Below are positions 34,627 to 44,445 of a stretch of DNA of 59,976 nt, one piece after another. A program made the position numbers and the translations under genes. Under the pieces are notes generated by a model that ran no database searches, was not told where the DNA came from, and saw only the letters and a list, made by a program, of their open reading frames with translations. The stretch is from NCBI GenBank assembly GCA_964450915.1, contig CAYVFG010000004.1, forward strand, positions 1 to 59,976, written 5' to 3'. Source of the stretch: an uncultured Candidatus Saccharibacteria bacterium. GTDB taxonomy: Bacteria; Patescibacteriota; Andersenbacteria; UBA10190. Numbering within the stretch: position 1 is the stretch's first letter; each line of letters opens with the position of its first letter.

Positions 34627-36098
34627 AGCGTTTCTTCCTCTTTTAATAACGGAAACAAAATAATATCTCGCAAGTGCGTTGAGTTTGTTAGAAGCATAAC
34701 TAAGCGATCAATTCCTAATCCAAAGCCTGCAGCCGGGGGCATGCCGTATTCCAGTGCGCGCAAGTACGATTCATCGATTGCATGCGCTTCGATATCGCCC
34801 TTGTCGCGCTCCGCTTGCTGCTCCATAAAGCGTTCTCGTTGTTCAATCGGGTCGTTTAATTCAGAATATGCTTTTACTAATTCCATGCCGGCAACAACCA
34901 ACTGGAACATTTCTGCGATATTCGGATTGCTCGCCTTTTTCTTTGCAAGCGGAACAAGTTCGACAGGATAGTCGTACAAAATAGTAGGCTCAATCAACGT
35001 TGGTCGAACAATCTCTTTGTACAATTCGTCTACTAATTTCCCGTAGTTATCTACATCAGGAGCTTTGATTCCGTGTTTCTTAAACGCAGCCTTATATACT
35101 GCCGGGTCTTTTTCCGTAAGTACGTCGATGCCGGTGCGCTCTTTAATCAACTCCGTATACGAATATCTTTTAAATGGTGGCTTGAACGATATGACGCTAT
35201 CGACTCTCGGAAGGTCATATGATCCGTTGATAGTAAGTACTGCGTTGGAAAGGAGATCCTCGGCCATATCCATCAAATCCTCGTAGTCCGCATATGCCCA
35301 GTAGAATTCAAGCATGGTGAATTCCGGGTTATGGGATTTGTCCACTCCTTCGTTTCTGAAGTTTTTTCCAATTTCAAATACTTTTTCAAATCCGCCGACT
35401 AATAATCTTTTTAAATACAGCTCCGGAGCAATGCGCAAAAACAAATCTGCATCAAGCGCATTGTGATGCGTAGAAAATGGCGCAGCCAGTGTCCCGCCCG
35501 GGATGGGTTGTAACATGGGAGTTTCTACTTCCATAAATCCTTTGCTTTCTAAATATGAGCGAACAAACGAAAGCGTCTTCGATCGTTTGCGCGCAGTTTC
35601 TTTTGTGTCCGGATTGGTAAGCAAGTCTAATTCTCGTTGTCGGGATTTAAGCTCGATATCTTTTAATCCGAACCACGTGCTTGGAATCGGGCGGATTGCT
35701 TTGCTTGCCATTGAGCATTCGGTGACGAGGACCGTTTTTTCTCCACGCTTGCTTAATACGGGAATGCCAATTGCCTGGATGAAGTCTCCTGAGTCATACT
35801 CCGATAATTCTTTAAAACGATCACCTAATTTTTCCTCAGTAAATTGCAGCTGCATCTTTCCGCCATCGTCGATAATGTCTACGAATGCAATACTTCCATG
35901 GGATCGGATTGCTGAGATGCGGCCTAGTAAAACCAGCGCCTCGCCATCTTTCATTTTTTCTTCAAATTGCTCTGTCAGCTCGGATAACGTCATGCTTCGG
36001 CGCACTTCCGCAGGATATGCCGGTTTTCCGGAAGCCAAAAGCTCCTCGCGCTTTTTAGCGCGCAGCGCCCTCATTTCTTCCAATCGTTCTTCTGCCAT
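34623..36098 (-). CDS. lysS: lysine--tRNA ligase (class II)
   Basis: OB anticodon-binding domain, FRNEG, PEFTMLEFY and GLGIDRLVMLL. Confidence 0.9.
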   Translation of the reverse strand: MAEERLEEMRALRAKKREELLASGKPAYPAEVRRSMTLSELTEQFEEKMKDGEALVLLGRISAIRSHGSIAFVDIIDDGGKMQLQFTEEKLGDRFKELSEYDSGDFIQAIGIPVLSKRGEKTVLVTECSMASKAIRPIPSTWFGLKDIELKSRQRELDLLTNPDTKETARKRSKTLSFVRSYLESKGFMEVETPMLQPIPGGTLAAPFSTHHNALDADLFLRIAPELYLKRLLVGGFEKVFEIGKNFRNEGVDKSHNPEFTMLEFYWAYADYEDLMDMAEDLLSNAVLTINGSYDLPRVDSVISFKPPFKRYSYTELIKERTGIDVLTEKDPAVYKAAFKKHGIKAPDVDNYGKLVDELYKEIVRPTLIEPTILYDYPVELVPLAKKKASNPNIAEMFQLVVAGMELVKAYSELNDPIEQRERFMEQQAERDKGDIEAHAIDESYLRALEYGMPPAAGFGLGIDRLVMLLTNSTHLRDIILFPLLKEEETL

Positions 36099-36143
36099 GC
36101 TGTATAGTGTACGGAATATATATAAAAACTGGAATAGGTAGGC

Positions 36144-36180
36144 TGAAAAACAAAGAATCCCCGCTTTTGCGGGGATTCTT
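36144..36180 (-). terminator. rho-independent terminator after greA
   Basis: 12-bp stem AAGAATCCCCGC/GCGGGGATTCTT (36153-36180) with a 4-nt loop, followed on the minus strand by TGTTTTTC. Confidence 0.7.
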
Positions 36181-36187
36181 GCTGCTA

Positions 36188-36643
36188 CTAGCTAATTTTT
36201 TTGACGACGCACTCCTTGTTGCCTGCAGGAGTCGGGATATGGATAGTTTCTCCAACCTTTGCTCCCATAAGCGCTTCCCCCATCGGAGACTCGTTGCTGA
36301 TTTTGCCCTGCATAGGATTTGCTTCGTTTGACCCTACGATCATGAATTCTTTCTCTGTTCCTTGCCAGTCGAGCAATACCGTATTGCCGATGCCGACAGC
36401 ATCTGTTTTGTGCTTTGCCACTACGTGCGCATTTTTTACCATCATCTCAAGCTCCGCAATTTCTTGCTCCATTCGGCTCTGTTCTTCTTTTGCGCTTTGG
36501 TATTCTGCGTTTTCTGAAAGATCGCCCTGTTCTTTTGCAGTATGAATCGCATCGGCAATCTCACGACGACGCACGGTCTTCATGAGATGTAATCGTTGCT
36601 GTAGTTCTGCCATTCCCTCTTTCGTTAAAAATTGGTCTTTCAT
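36188..36643 (-). CDS. greA: transcription elongation factor GreA
   Basis: 151 aa with GDLSENAEYQSAKEEQ and a C-terminal FKBP-like domain (ISNESPMGEALMGAKVGE). Confidence 0.9.
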   Translation of the reverse strand: MKDQFLTKEGMAELQQRLHLMKTVRRREIADAIHTAKEQGDLSENAEYQSAKEEQSRMEQEIAELEMMVKNAHVVAKHKTDAVGIGNTVLLDWQGTEKEFMIVGSNEANPMQGKISNESPMGEALMGAKVGETIHIPTPAGNKECVVKKIS

Positions 36644-36669
36644 AAATATATTAATAGTAATGTTGGACT

Positions 36670-36697
36670 AGTGTAGCGAATCTGCGCTATAGGTCAA
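36670..36697 (-). promoter_or_regulatory. possible promoter of greA
   Basis: The minus strand reads TTGACC, a 16-nt spacer and TACACT. This is a weak match. Confidence 0.3.
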
Positions 36698-36723
36698 GAC
36701 CCGTTTGTTCACAATTTGTCACG

Positions 36724-38538
36724 CTATTTTGACAGGTCATGCTCGTAGATCCACTGCCAAACCTCCCTCGCAATCGGCACCGCAACCACGTCGCCGCCTC
36801 CCCCTTGCTCTATGAGGACTGTGACTGCGAACTTTGGATTTCCGTACGGGCCAAAACTGGTAAACCAGGCATGAGTTTTATCGGATCCGTCGATTTGAGC
36901 AGTCCCTGTTTTGCCGGCAATTGGGATTGGCAGAGTATTAAGAGATTTTGCCGAACCATCTGTAATCGTCTCTCTCATGCCTTCTTGGACAATGCGAACG
37001 TTGCTTGGGCTGACGGGGATTGCATGTTTTTTAGGATTGCCCTGTACGAGATGCGGTTGGTACCATGTTGTTCCATTCGCGATTGATGCGATGCCGGCCG
37101 TCATTTGAAGCGGGGTGACCAGTACGCCTCCCTGTCCAATTCCCATATGGTACGTGTCCCCGATATACCAAGGCTGTCCCGTAGTGGTGAGTTTCCACTG
37201 CGGCGTGGGGAGGAACCCCGGCGCTTCGCTTGGCAGATCGATCCCGGTGTCATTATCAAAACCGAACTGCTTGAGGTATGTGTCCGATTTATCGACCCCT
37301 AATCCGCCTTGGCCGTTCAGCCCGCCGGCAACCATATAAAAGAATGTATTTACTGAATTTGCTATCGCTTTCTTTACGTCGGTGACTCCGTGCCCTCCGG
37401 ATTTCCAGTCTAGAAAGTGGTATGATCCGACCGTGATTCCGCCCACGGAATTTACGGTAGTATTTTCCGTAATAATGCCTTCCTGCAACCCTGCGCTTGC
37501 AAGGAATGGTTTGATTGTCGAGCCGGGAGGATACGCGCCATTAACGGCTCTGTTGAATAACGGCATTTGCTTGTCGTTGAAGTACTTGGTTGTGTTGTTG
37601 CGCAGAAATGGTTGCGAAAAAGAATTCGGATCGTACGATGGGTAACTTACAAGGCTTTGAACTTCGCCATTCGTTGTGTCCATGACAACTACCGCCCCCC
37701 GCATCGGCCCATCTCCTGCTTTTTGGTCTTTTGCATCAAGATCGGACATGAGTCCATAGATGAATTTTTGCAATTCAGCGTCGATAGTAAGCGTTAAATC
37801 TTCTCCTGCAACGGCAGGTTTTTGCCCCAAATCTGTTTGCTGTTTTCCCGCAGCATTTACTTCCGTATATGTGAGTCCGTGTTCTCCGCGAAGGGCTGCG
37901 TCGTATTGCAGCTCGATGCCCTGTTTTCCAGTAGTGTCTGTTGCAACAAGGTTTTGGTTTGAAGCGAGCTGCTCGGCTGTTACGGGATTTGTGTATCCTA
38001 AAATATGGGCAAGGACTTCTGAATACAAGTACTTGCGCACAAGGGATGACTCTAGTGACGTGCCTGCGAGATTGGTTTTATTTTGCTCCAGCTTAAGCAC
38101 CGTGTCATGATCAAGCGCTTTTGCAATGAGCGTTTCTTGGCCGGTTTTTCGCGATCGATCAAGCGCTGTTCTAATGTGGTCGGGGGAAATGTTCGGAAGA
38201 AGCGACGTGAGGTTGTCGAGCAAGTATGATTCGTTCGCAACAGTTGGAAGTTGGTTTGGTTTAAATACTAAGTCCGTACTAGAAACATTTTCTACCAGCT
38301 GCGTATGATTGCGATCGTAAATAATTCCCCTCGGTGCGGGAAGGATGACGCTGTCTACCCGATTATGTTCTGCTTGCGAGCGAAACGATGATCCCTTAAC
38401 AATTTGCAGGTATCCTCCCCTTGTTGCAACAACGAGCAGGATGCATACAAGGATAATAGAAAGTGCGCCAAATCTTCTGGTAGCAGCTTTGGGCCGGAGA
38501 TTCGGCTCCTCGATGATATCGGATGTATGTAGGTTCAT
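36724..38538 (-). CDS. mrdA: penicillin-binding protein 2 (elongasome transpeptidase)
   Basis: 604 aa with an N-terminal TM helix, SxxK (GSTIKPF), SxN (NSVN) and KTG (GKTGTA). It follows mreBCD. Confidence 0.85.
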   Translation of the reverse strand: MNLHTSDIIEEPNLRPKAATRRFGALSIILVCILLVVATRGGYLQIVKGSSFRSQAEHNRVDSVILPAPRGIIYDRNHTQLVENVSSTDLVFKPNQLPTVANESYLLDNLTSLLPNISPDHIRTALDRSRKTGQETLIAKALDHDTVLKLEQNKTNLAGTSLESSLVRKYLYSEVLAHILGYTNPVTAEQLASNQNLVATDTTGKQGIELQYDAALRGEHGLTYTEVNAAGKQQTDLGQKPAVAGEDLTLTIDAELQKFIYGLMSDLDAKDQKAGDGPMRGAVVVMDTTNGEVQSLVSYPSYDPNSFSQPFLRNNTTKYFNDKQMPLFNRAVNGAYPPGSTIKPFLASAGLQEGIITENTTVNSVGGITVGSYHFLDWKSGGHGVTDVKKAIANSVNTFFYMVAGGLNGQGGLGVDKSDTYLKQFGFDNDTGIDLPSEAPGFLPTPQWKLTTTGQPWYIGDTYHMGIGQGGVLVTPLQMTAGIASIANGTTWYQPHLVQGNPKKHAIPVSPSNVRIVQEGMRETITDGSAKSLNTLPIPIAGKTGTAQIDGSDKTHAWFTSFGPYGNPKFAVTVLIEQGGGGDVVAVPIAREVWQWIYEHDLSK

Positions 38539-39005
38539 AGGCGCGAAGTGTGCTCATGAAATACAGCGGTGATGATGTACGTAATAATGCTGGTGCATGC
38601 CAATTGAATTCCAATAATACCGAAAGGAATGCTGTGCAGTGCGGGTACATGGAATCCCGTTTTTGCGATAACGATCGCAATGATTTGCAGCGTAACGCAT
38701 AGAAACGTCGTAAAGAAGAATTTCCATGTAATGCCTGGTTCCGGATTTCTCATAAGCCATTGCACGAAAAACGGTATGGCAAACAAGACGACTATGCTTC
38801 CGAATATGAGAGTAGAAATAAGTTCGCACACAATTGCCGCAATTGCAATAATGACGACAGGCGCCGGAGAGATTGTTGCAAGCAAGAATGAAATACCGAG
38901 CGGTGCAAGAAAGATTGATGCGGTGTTGTATCTCAAGAAATGGTGCAGCGCAAACATGCAGGCAATTGCAACGATTACGGCAAGAAACTGTCGTACGGGC
39001 ATCAT
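38535..39005 (-). CDS. mreD: rod shape-determining protein MreD-like membrane protein
   Basis: 156 aa with 5 TM helices. It sits between mreC and mrdA with 4-nt overlaps on both sides. The call rests on position plus topology. Confidence 0.6.
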   Translation of the reverse strand: MMPVRQFLAVIVAIACMFALHHFLRYNTASIFLAPLGISFLLATISPAPVVIIAIAAIVCELISTLIFGSIVVLFAIPFFVQWLMRNPEPGITWKFFFTTFLCVTLQIIAIVIAKTGFHVPALHSIPFGIIGIQLACTSIITYIITAVFHEHTSRL

Positions 39006-39766
39006 TTTGGAGCAAGTACGGTTACGGCTTCAACGGTATCAGGATTATACGGAAGCTGAATGACTGCTTGCTGATATGCTTCATTTTCTGGCTTGCTAAT
39101 CGAAGAAATCGATCCGATCACAACGCCGTATGGAATTTGCGATCCGTTGCTCGTGGTGACCACGTTTTGCCCTATGGTAAGCGAAGCGTCTCGAGGAATT
39201 GTTCCCATATGTATCGATGTTTGAAACTGGCTGGTGACAAGTCCGCGAGCAGGAGTTGCGCCAGAATCGGTTACCACTGTTTCTGCCGTTATGGATGTTT
39301 TGGGGTGAAGGACAGTTTGTATGACTGCGGAATGAAGGGATACCTGTGATATAAACCCTACAAGCGCAGACCCGTTTACGACTACCACGTCATCCGACCC
39401 GACTCCCTCCTCTATGCCCTTATTAATAACGTATTCCGATTGGAGTGTGTCGATTGGGCGGCTGATTACATGTGCGGAAATTGCCTGCATTGCGTCAAAC
39501 GAAGGTGCGCGAAGTTGGGACCGCAGTCGATTGTAATCGACAAGTTCGCTCGTAAGACGAGTATTTTCTAGGGTAAGTTCCTTGATTTTATCGTTTTGGG
39601 ATTGCGATGTTGCGGGCTTGTTCAGGTGAAATACAGCGGTTGTTATTCCCACGATTTGATCCCATGTTCGGTTTCTGGCATGTTGCGCAATCGGAGTAAA
39701 CGATGCCAATATCGCAATAAGGATTATCGCGAGGATGCCCAATAGTAGCTTGTTTCGTTTCTTCAT
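39002..39766 (-). CDS. mreC: rod shape-determining protein MreC
   Basis: 254 aa with an N-terminal TM helix, a coiled coil (ENTRLTSELVDYNRLRSQL) and beta domains. It lies downstream of mreB. Confidence 0.75.
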   Translation of the reverse strand: MKKRNKLLLGILAIILIAILASFTPIAQHARNRTWDQIVGITTAVFHLNKPATSQSQNDKIKELTLENTRLTSELVDYNRLRSQLRAPSFDAMQAISAHVISRPIDTLQSEYVINKGIEEGVGSDDVVVVNGSALVGFISQVSLHSAVIQTVLHPKTSITAETVVTDSGATPARGLVTSQFQTSIHMGTIPRDASLTIGQNVVTTSNGSQIPYGVVIGSISSISKPENEAYQQAVIQLPYNPDTVEAVTVLAPK

Positions 39767-39774
39767 ACGTTTCT

Positions 39775-40833
39775 CTATTTAATTTTGGACCCATGAACGC
39801 TTGGGAGCAATACTTCTTGTACTGCCTCGATATCTTCTAATACTATACCAGTCCCGCGCACGACTGCAGTAAGCGGATCGTCCGTGATGTGGGTCCTGAT
39901 TTGAGTTGCGTCTGTAATAACGTCTGCCAGTCCTCGCAGAAGCGCTCCTCCCCCTGCTAAGTAAATGCCTTGTTCAATGATGTCAGATAATAGCTCTGGC
40001 GGGGTTTCCTCAATGCACGCTTTCACTGCATCAACAATAATAGAGATGGAGCGCTGCATCGCTTCTTTTGCCTGGATGCCGTTCATGATCACTTCTTTCG
40101 GGAGGCCTGTTACCAAATCTCGTCCGCGTATGGGGGCCTCGAGAATTTCCATCGTATCCATTGCTGACCCGATGCGGATTTTAATCTCCTCGGCAGTTCG
40201 CTCCCCGATCAGCATATTAAAATTATTGCGCGCGTATTGGATAATATTTTCATTTAATTCGTCTCCGGCAATGCGCAACGTTCTATTCGCAACGATTCCT
40301 CCTAGTGAAATAACGGAAATTTCGCTTGTTCCCCCGCCGATATCTACAATTATATTTCCTGTTGCTTCATGAATTGGAAGGCGCGATCCGATAGCAGCTG
40401 CCATGGATTCTTCGATTAAAAATACGGCTCGAGCCCCAGCGCGCAAGCTTGCCTCTTCAACGGCGCGCCGCTCTACTTCTGTTACGGACGATGGAATGCC
40501 GATCACTACTCGCGGGCGAGGCAAAAAGTGAAAACCGTCTTCATGCACTTTTTGAATGAAGTATGAAAGCATTTGCTCTGTTACTTCAAAATCGGAGATA
40601 ACTCCGTGGCGAAGTGGCCGAATGGCTACGATATGTGACGGCGTTTTGCCGACCATGCGTTGCGCTTCTTTTCCAATCGCGAGCACTTCGTTTGTTTTCT
40701 TATTCAATGCGACAACAGAAGGTTCGTTAATAACAACGCCTTTTCCGCGCACGTACACCAGCGTGTTTGCCGTCCCCAAGTCAATTCCGATATCTTGCGA
40801 GAATCGGCCAAAAAAGTTATTAACAAATCCCAT
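39775..40833 (-). CDS. mreB: rod shape-determining protein MreB
   Basis: Actin-fold motifs DIGIDLGTANTLVY, IVDIGGGTSEISVISLGG and GIYLAGGGALLRGL. Confidence 0.92.
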   Translation of the reverse strand: MGFVNNFFGRFSQDIGIDLGTANTLVYVRGKGVVINEPSVVALNKKTNEVLAIGKEAQRMVGKTPSHIVAIRPLRHGVISDFEVTEQMLSYFIQKVHEDGFHFLPRPRVVIGIPSSVTEVERRAVEEASLRAGARAVFLIEESMAAAIGSRLPIHEATGNIIVDIGGGTSEISVISLGGIVANRTLRIAGDELNENIIQYARNNFNMLIGERTAEEIKIRIGSAMDTMEILEAPIRGRDLVTGLPKEVIMNGIQAKEAMQRSISIIVDAVKACIEETPPELLSDIIEQGIYLAGGGALLRGLADVITDATQIRTHITDDPLTAVVRGTGIVLEDIEAVQEVLLPSVHGSKIK

Positions 40834-40840
40834 ACAGCGC

Positions 40841-42070
40841 CTATCCTTTCAGCCGTTCGATGCAGGTAGCGATATCTACTAGCGATGTTTCAGTTTCTGT
40901 TCTGCCTTTTACTTCTACCTGGTCACCCGTTTTTTTAGAAACTACTACGCGATACGGAACTCCTAGCAAGTCTGCATCTGAAAACTTTGCTCCGGGAGCA
41001 ATATCTCTATCGTCATATAAAACCTCAATCCCTGCTGTTTTAAGGGCAGTGTATATTTCATCCGCTTTTCGCACCGTATCTTCATCGTCGCGATTTAAGC
41101 CTGCTAAATAGACAGTAAACGGTGCAACGCTTTTTGGCCAAATAATTCCTTTGTCATCATGGAATTTTTCTACGATGACGCCCATGAGGCGCGTGGTCCC
41201 GATTCCGTAGCTGCCCATGTATACCAACTGCGGTTTGCCGTTTTCATCCATGTAGGTGTAATTGAACGCGTTTGAAAACTTGATATTGAGCGGGAAGATA
41301 TTCCCCACTTCGCTCGCAGTATGCTTTTCATAGGTCTTTCCCTCAGGCGCAACTTCCTCGTTGTACGCAATTCCCGTTTCAGTATCGATGCAAATAATAT
41401 CCTCTCCCGCATTGCAAATCGTCTGGAACTCATGAGAGAACCCAGTCGTAAAATCTCCTCCCGATGCAAGGGTTATTTTAGTATCTTTTCCTAAGCCAAC
41501 GCGTTCAAAAATGGTGGTGTATGCTTTTTTAACTTGCTCGTAATAAGTAAGCAGGTCGTCCTCGTCTTTATGGAAGCTATATAAATCTTTCATGCGAAAT
41601 TCCCGTCCGCGCATAAGGCCTGATTTTGCGCGTTCTTCGTTTCTGAATTTTGTTTGAATTTGATATACGGCAAATGGAAAATCTTTGTAGCTCGATTTAG
41701 ATTTTTGCGCAATCGGAGTGACGAGTTCTTCGTGAGTGCAGTTTAAAATGTACGATGCATCGTTGCGCTTGCGAGAAGCATCGTTTGCTCCGCGAGCTTC
41801 GAGTAGTACGTCAATTTCTGTTCGCTTGGTTGTTTCCCAAAGTGATCGCGGAGAGAGCGCAGGCATGAGCATTTCCGTTCCGATAGTATCCATTTCCTCT
41901 CGGACAATAGCTTCTATTTTATTGAGTACGCGAAGACCGATGGGCAGCATAGTGTATACGCCCGACATCGTCTGGTCGATGAATCCCCCTTTTTGCAGAA
42001 GTGTTGCATTTATGGAATCAAATTCTTTTGCGTCCTTATTTGTGTGAAGAAAAAACGAAGAGTATCTCAT
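40841..42070 (-). CDS. proS: proline--tRNA ligase, short form without INS editing domain
   Basis: 409 aa with class II motifs (FRNEERAKSGLMRGREFRMKD, GSYGIGTTRL) and a C-terminal anticodon-binding domain. Confidence 0.85.
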   Translation of the reverse strand: MRYSSFFLHTNKDAKEFDSINATLLQKGGFIDQTMSGVYTMLPIGLRVLNKIEAIVREEMDTIGTEMLMPALSPRSLWETTKRTEIDVLLEARGANDASRKRNDASYILNCTHEELVTPIAQKSKSSYKDFPFAVYQIQTKFRNEERAKSGLMRGREFRMKDLYSFHKDEDDLLTYYEQVKKAYTTIFERVGLGKDTKITLASGGDFTTGFSHEFQTICNAGEDIICIDTETGIAYNEEVAPEGKTYEKHTASEVGNIFPLNIKFSNAFNYTYMDENGKPQLVYMGSYGIGTTRLMGVIVEKFHDDKGIIWPKSVAPFTVYLAGLNRDDEDTVRKADEIYTALKTAGIEVLYDDRDIAPGAKFSDADLLGVPYRVVVSKKTGDQVEVKGRTETETSLVDIATCIERLKG

Positions 42071-42073
42071 AGA

Positions 42074-43162
42074 TTAAAAGTAATGATGAATATCTTTAAA
42101 TGTTATAAACAGTATGAGCGCAATTAATGCGATAAATCCTATGGTGTGGGCGTATTGCTCAACGGATGCAGTCCGTTTTCTGCCGACTATTTTCTCAATC
42201 CCTACAAATAGAATTCTCCCGCCATCTAATGCGGGAATCGGCAGAATATTAATAATTGCCAAGTTGATGCTGATCATCGCCGCAAATTCCAAGAAGTACG
42301 ATAACCCCATTGCGACTGCTTGCTTGGTGTATATGGCAATTCCGATCGGACCGGTGAGCGCCTGCCCTACGGATTGATGTTCGAATAATTTCGCAATCAA
42401 TATTCCGAATTGCGACAGAATTGTCCACGCCATAATCCCTGTGCGTTCAATGCCCTTGATCGGCGCTAGGTAGATGGGGGATTTTTCCAGTCCTGTTTCG
42501 CTTAAGCTGATACCGAGTGCACCTTGCCCCTCAGGAGGGTTTACGCGAGGTGTTACCGTTACGGAAATATCTTGGCCGTTCCTGTCTAATTGCATGTGTA
42601 TTGGCTCTCCAGCATGATCGCGGGTTATTTGCTGAACAGCGGCAAGCGATGGGTCCTGGATGCCTTCAACGGCAACTATCCTGTCATATATTTGCATTCC
42701 TGCCTGCTGGGCCGGAGAGTCTTTTGCAACTTCAACAGTGTATGTTTTTTTATCGGTGAGCGTGCTCGCATTCTTTTCCGTTACTAGCGTTGGTGCGCCG
42801 ATTGCGCTTTCAACAGAAAGCAGCGCAACCGCAAATAGCAGGTTCATAATAACTCCTGCAGACAATATTGCGATTCTCCACCAAGCCGACTTGCTTGCGA
42901 AGCTGGTCGGACTCGGGGCTTCGCCAGTTGGCAACTCTTCCATATTTTCCCCTTCTATCTTCACGAATCCGCCTATCGGGAAAAGATTAAGAGAGTAAAG
43001 CGTTCCGCGCCATGTTTTAGATAATAATCTTGGTGGAAATCCGAATCCGAATTCCTCAACTTTGCATCCCGCCTTTTTCGCAACAAAGAAATGTCCCCAT
43101 TCGTGGACTAATACCAGCACCAGAAGCATTGCAATAAAAATCAATATAATCCAAATAGACAT
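42074..43162 (-). CDS. rseP: RIP site-2 metalloprotease RseP
   Basis: HEWGHF (HExxH), an internal PDZ domain, and C-terminal NILPIPALDGG. Confidence 0.9.
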   Translation of the reverse strand: MSIWIILIFIAMLLVLVLVHEWGHFFVAKKAGCKVEEFGFGFPPRLLSKTWRGTLYSLNLFPIGGFVKIEGENMEELPTGEAPSPTSFASKSAWWRIAILSAGVIMNLLFAVALLSVESAIGAPTLVTEKNASTLTDKKTYTVEVAKDSPAQQAGMQIYDRIVAVEGIQDPSLAAVQQITRDHAGEPIHMQLDRNGQDISVTVTPRVNPPEGQGALGISLSETGLEKSPIYLAPIKGIERTGIMAWTILSQFGILIAKLFEHQSVGQALTGPIGIAIYTKQAVAMGLSYFLEFAAMISINLAIINILPIPALDGGRILFVGIEKIVGRKRTASVEQYAHTIGFIALIALILFITFKDIHHYF

Positions 43163-43211
43163 ACCCTTAAGCGTATCTTGCTTTGCCCTTGGGCGCTAGT
43201 GGAGTTTTCGG

Positions 43212-43244
43212 GCAAAAACTAACCCCAGATCATATGTCCGGGGT
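43212..43244 (-). terminator. rho-independent terminator of the 43273-43785 orphan
   Basis: The minus strand reads ACCCCGG...CTGGGGT hairpin (43222-43244) followed by TAGTTTTTG. Confidence 0.5.
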
Positions 43245-43272
43245 GGGTTGCGGTTGGCGTAAGAAGCTACGC

Positions 43273-43785
43273 TTATGTTCGTTGTTTTATTCTCCGTATT
43301 CTAGAAGGTTGGTTTGGTTGATGAGGGTACCGATTTGCTGGTTTTCCCACCGTTGCGCAATCGATAAGCCGAGAAACTAAGTGGTCCTTGAAGCCACACA
43401 GCTCAAGAACCCATTTGCGGCGACTCCCCCACTCTTTTTCTGTAAGTAACTTGAGGAGGAAGTCTTCTAATTTCGACTCTGTTTGATGGCATTTTGCTGC
43501 GTGAGCTTTTGCCGAAGAATCGATTTTGAGAACCCACTGAGGAAGCGTCATTGAGTCTGGGGATCGATTTGCCGGAGGGCCAAGGTGTCGATCTAGCTCC
43601 TGAATGGCTTCTTCGAAAATAATGGTCTTGAATCTCGGAAAACGGTCGTTGTAGTCTTGGATTGTTAAGAAAATGCCTCGAAATAGCGCGGGAGCCTCTC
43701 TTTCTGGGTTGGCCTCCGTGGTCATGGTTTTTCGAAAATGAGAAAGCGCTCGAGATAACATGCGCGATCTTACCACTTTCATCAA
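43273..43785 (-). CDS. hypothetical protein (GC-rich orphan)
   Basis: 170-aa ORF with AGAAGG before the ATG. It is flanked by hairpin-plus-T-tract elements on both sides. No motif recognised. Confidence 0.45.
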   Translation of the reverse strand: MMKVVRSRMLSRALSHFRKTMTTEANPEREAPALFRGIFLTIQDYNDRFPRFKTIIFEEAIQELDRHLGPPANRSPDSMTLPQWVLKIDSSAKAHAAKCHQTESKLEDFLLKLLTEKEWGSRRKWVLELCGFKDHLVSRLIDCATVGKPANRYPHQPNQPSRIRRIKQRT

Positions 43786-43794
43786 CGTACCTTC

Positions 43795-43831
43795 TAAAAA
43801 GAGGAAAGGAGCAGACGTTCAACCTGCTTCC
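43795..43831 (-). terminator. hairpin plus T-rich tract after frr (terminator or attenuator)
   Basis: The minus strand reads GGAAGCAG-N9-CTGCTCC followed by TTTCCTCTTTTT. It ends about 10 nt before the orphan's start at 43785. Confidence 0.45.
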
Positions 43832-43879
43832 TGTATACGCCTAATGGTAGATTGATGTCAAAGAAATGCGACAATATTA

Positions 43880-44440
43880 CTATATCGTTTTGATTTCCTG
43901 CTCTTTAGAGTCGATAGTTTTTTGGAGCTCATCTTGTGCTTTCCCGATCAAGTCATCCAAGTGCTTCTTTCCTCCGTAAAAATCGTCCTCAGACATCCTG
44001 CCAGCTTCTTTTTCCTGTTTGAGGAACTTTAACGCCTCGTCTCGCCCTTTTCTCATTCGAATGCGAGCTTCCTCCGCTTTTGCATGGAGCGTCTTGATTG
44101 TCTGCATACGGACTTCTTCTGTCAAAGATTGAAAACTAAGTCGTAATACTGCGCCATCAATAGTGGGCATCACTCCAACATTTGCTTCTATAATCGCCTT
44201 TTCAATTGCGGGAATGGTGCTTTTATCCCACGGAGAAACAACAAGCGTGCGGGCATCCATATTCGAAACGCTGGCGACGGCTTTAATGGGGTTTCGGGCT
44301 CCGTATACTTCAACGGAAATATCTTCAATAATGGCTGGCTTTACTCTGCCAGAGCGAAGGCCTGCAATTTCGCTTGAAAACCAATTGAATGCTTCCTCTT
44401 GAGATTCTTTAAATATTGTTTCTGCTTTGGGTATAGACAT
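43880..44440 (-). CDS. frr: ribosome recycling factor
   Basis: 186 aa with LRSGRVKPAIIEDISVEVYG, and MSEDDFYGGKKHLDDL in place of the usual SEDE...Q..TD region. It has the typical length. Confidence 0.9.
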   Translation of the reverse strand: MSIPKAETIFKESQEEAFNWFSSEIAGLRSGRVKPAIIEDISVEVYGARNPIKAVASVSNMDARTLVVSPWDKSTIPAIEKAIIEANVGVMPTIDGAVLRLSFQSLTEEVRMQTIKTLHAKAEEARIRMRKGRDEALKFLKQEKEAGRMSEDDFYGGKKHLDDLIGKAQDELQKTIDSKEQEIKTI

Positions 44441-44445
44441 ATGTG

